A stretch of 63,870 nucleotides of DNA, the filler included, from Asterionella formosa (taxonomy: Eukaryota): the NCBI GenBank assembly GCA_002256025.1. It is 11 parts of 11 records of this genome, joined end to end, with 100 filler letters (N's around TTAATTAATTAA, not from the genome) between each part and the next. Parts side by side here need not be neighbours in the genome. Positions count along the whole stretch, not along the records: positions 61,423 to 63,870 come from NKIB01013030.1; 10 more parts are not named here. One strand, 5' to 3'. The first letter of the stretch is position 1. Each line of letters opens with the position of its first letter. Shown here piece after piece: positions 62,720-63,870 of the stretch. Both the position numbers and the translations under genes were made by a program. The notes beneath the pieces are model-generated. The model was given only the letters and a program-made list of their open reading frames with translations, had not been told where the DNA came from and searched no databases.

Positions 62720-63870
62720 GTAATCATAACTCCACGACCGTTTTTATTACATTACTATACAACATGCATGCATCAAAAATAAGTATGCTCCACAAAACGC
62801 GAAAAACACTTGAAGATATGAAGAGGTTTAACGGTATAAATATATTCATATCTTCTATACAGAACATGGAATCTTTTATAAAAATCCACCAATCGACAGC
62901 AGGCTTCGCTTTGACTCGTGCATGCATGATCATGGAAATATCATTTCGCCGCCTCTACTTCACTAGACCAACGCGGCAGCCGAATTCTTCACAGATGAAG
63001 CTAGTATATATTCACTTTTTCGAAGTAAGAGAGATCCGAATTCTCATTTTACAATCATGATGTAGTTGTTCCGACTTCCCGATTGGTTGAGGCATTTGCA
63101 TGTGTAATGAAAACAACGACAATAATCCCATCAAACCACGTGTTTCTCGTTGGCATTGTACTACCCAAGTCAGCCTTCTCAAATGTTTGAAGTTGAATCG
63201 TTCCTGTGGTCTTCCCATTTGCAGGTGTCATGAAGGCAACGACGATAATGCATGTGTTCCTCGTTGGCCATGTATGTAACACAGATTGGTTTGAGATTGA
63301 GTCGTTCCCCTGGTCTTCCCTTTTCATTCAATTGTCATGACAACTGTGTTCGTTCTGCCTTGACATCTGTGTTCTCGTCTGTGTTTGACGAATCTCTTGC
63401 AGACGAAGTCCTTCCCTGTAGAGCACTATCTATCCGGCAGTAATGGCCGATTGGTGAATGAAAAAAGGGAATTAAGATTGCCTGACAACTGCGTTCGGTT
63501 TGATCGTGTTCTATACGAATAGTCTTGAGTCTACACACATCCTCATATTTTTATCTACATCCCTACCAAACAATAGTGAATTTTCTGTAAGAGCAGGATA
63601 AGAAGCAATATAACAAGGTCGAACTTTGATCTCACTTGTTCCTCGTTCGTTTGCCTCATAAAATGAAACCAGCAAACTTATACAAGCAACAGCTGCAAAC
63701 TGCAATCGAACTCCACCAGCATTATGAATCTCCACCTCGCTATCCTCCTTGTCCCTTTGATGATTGTCGATGCCTCTGAAGGGGGTGTTCGTTCCCTAGG
63801 TATGTGGCTGGTTGCTGCCTTGACATTGTGTTGTTTATTCACAGAGTCTTGTTGTCGTGCTGCCTGTCAT

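Overview
Eukaryotic genomic DNA, almost certainly from a diatom. The evidence is a DUF6824 gene, CoDi-type Copia and Ambal-like LINE relics, an M11 peptidase, silaffin-like K-x-x-K and R-x-L motifs, and short GT-AG introns. The window is not one locus. It is about 11 unplaced contigs (the nine complete ones each 6.03-6.05 kb) joined by an artificial N44-TTAATTAATTAA-N44 spacer, so adjacency across spacers means nothing. Host genes: DUF6824 protein, myristoylation-motif alpha/beta hydrolase, two Pro-rich repeat proteins, gametolysin (M11) peptidase, WDR12/YTM1, MFS transporter, metallophosphoesterase, dynein roadblock light chain, exocyst Sec5, TLDc protein and a SelU/PRXL2-type redox protein. 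Much of the rest is decayed transposons: Harbinger, Copia, LINE, tyrosine-recombinase retroelement, Tc1/mariner-like, and an unclassified TIR family. Best signals: (1) an in-frame UGA forming a UxxC motif in the SelU gene, with a SECIS-like hairpin whose apex is non-canonical; (2) a roughly 30-40-fold enriched TACCGGTA palindrome clustered upstream of genes; (3) Copia primer-binding sites matching a tRNA-Ile anticodon loop read as GAT, suggesting half-tRNA priming and a possible inosine footprint; (4) an unclassified TIR transposon family that splits other elements. All family assignments are by motif recognition; no searches were run.
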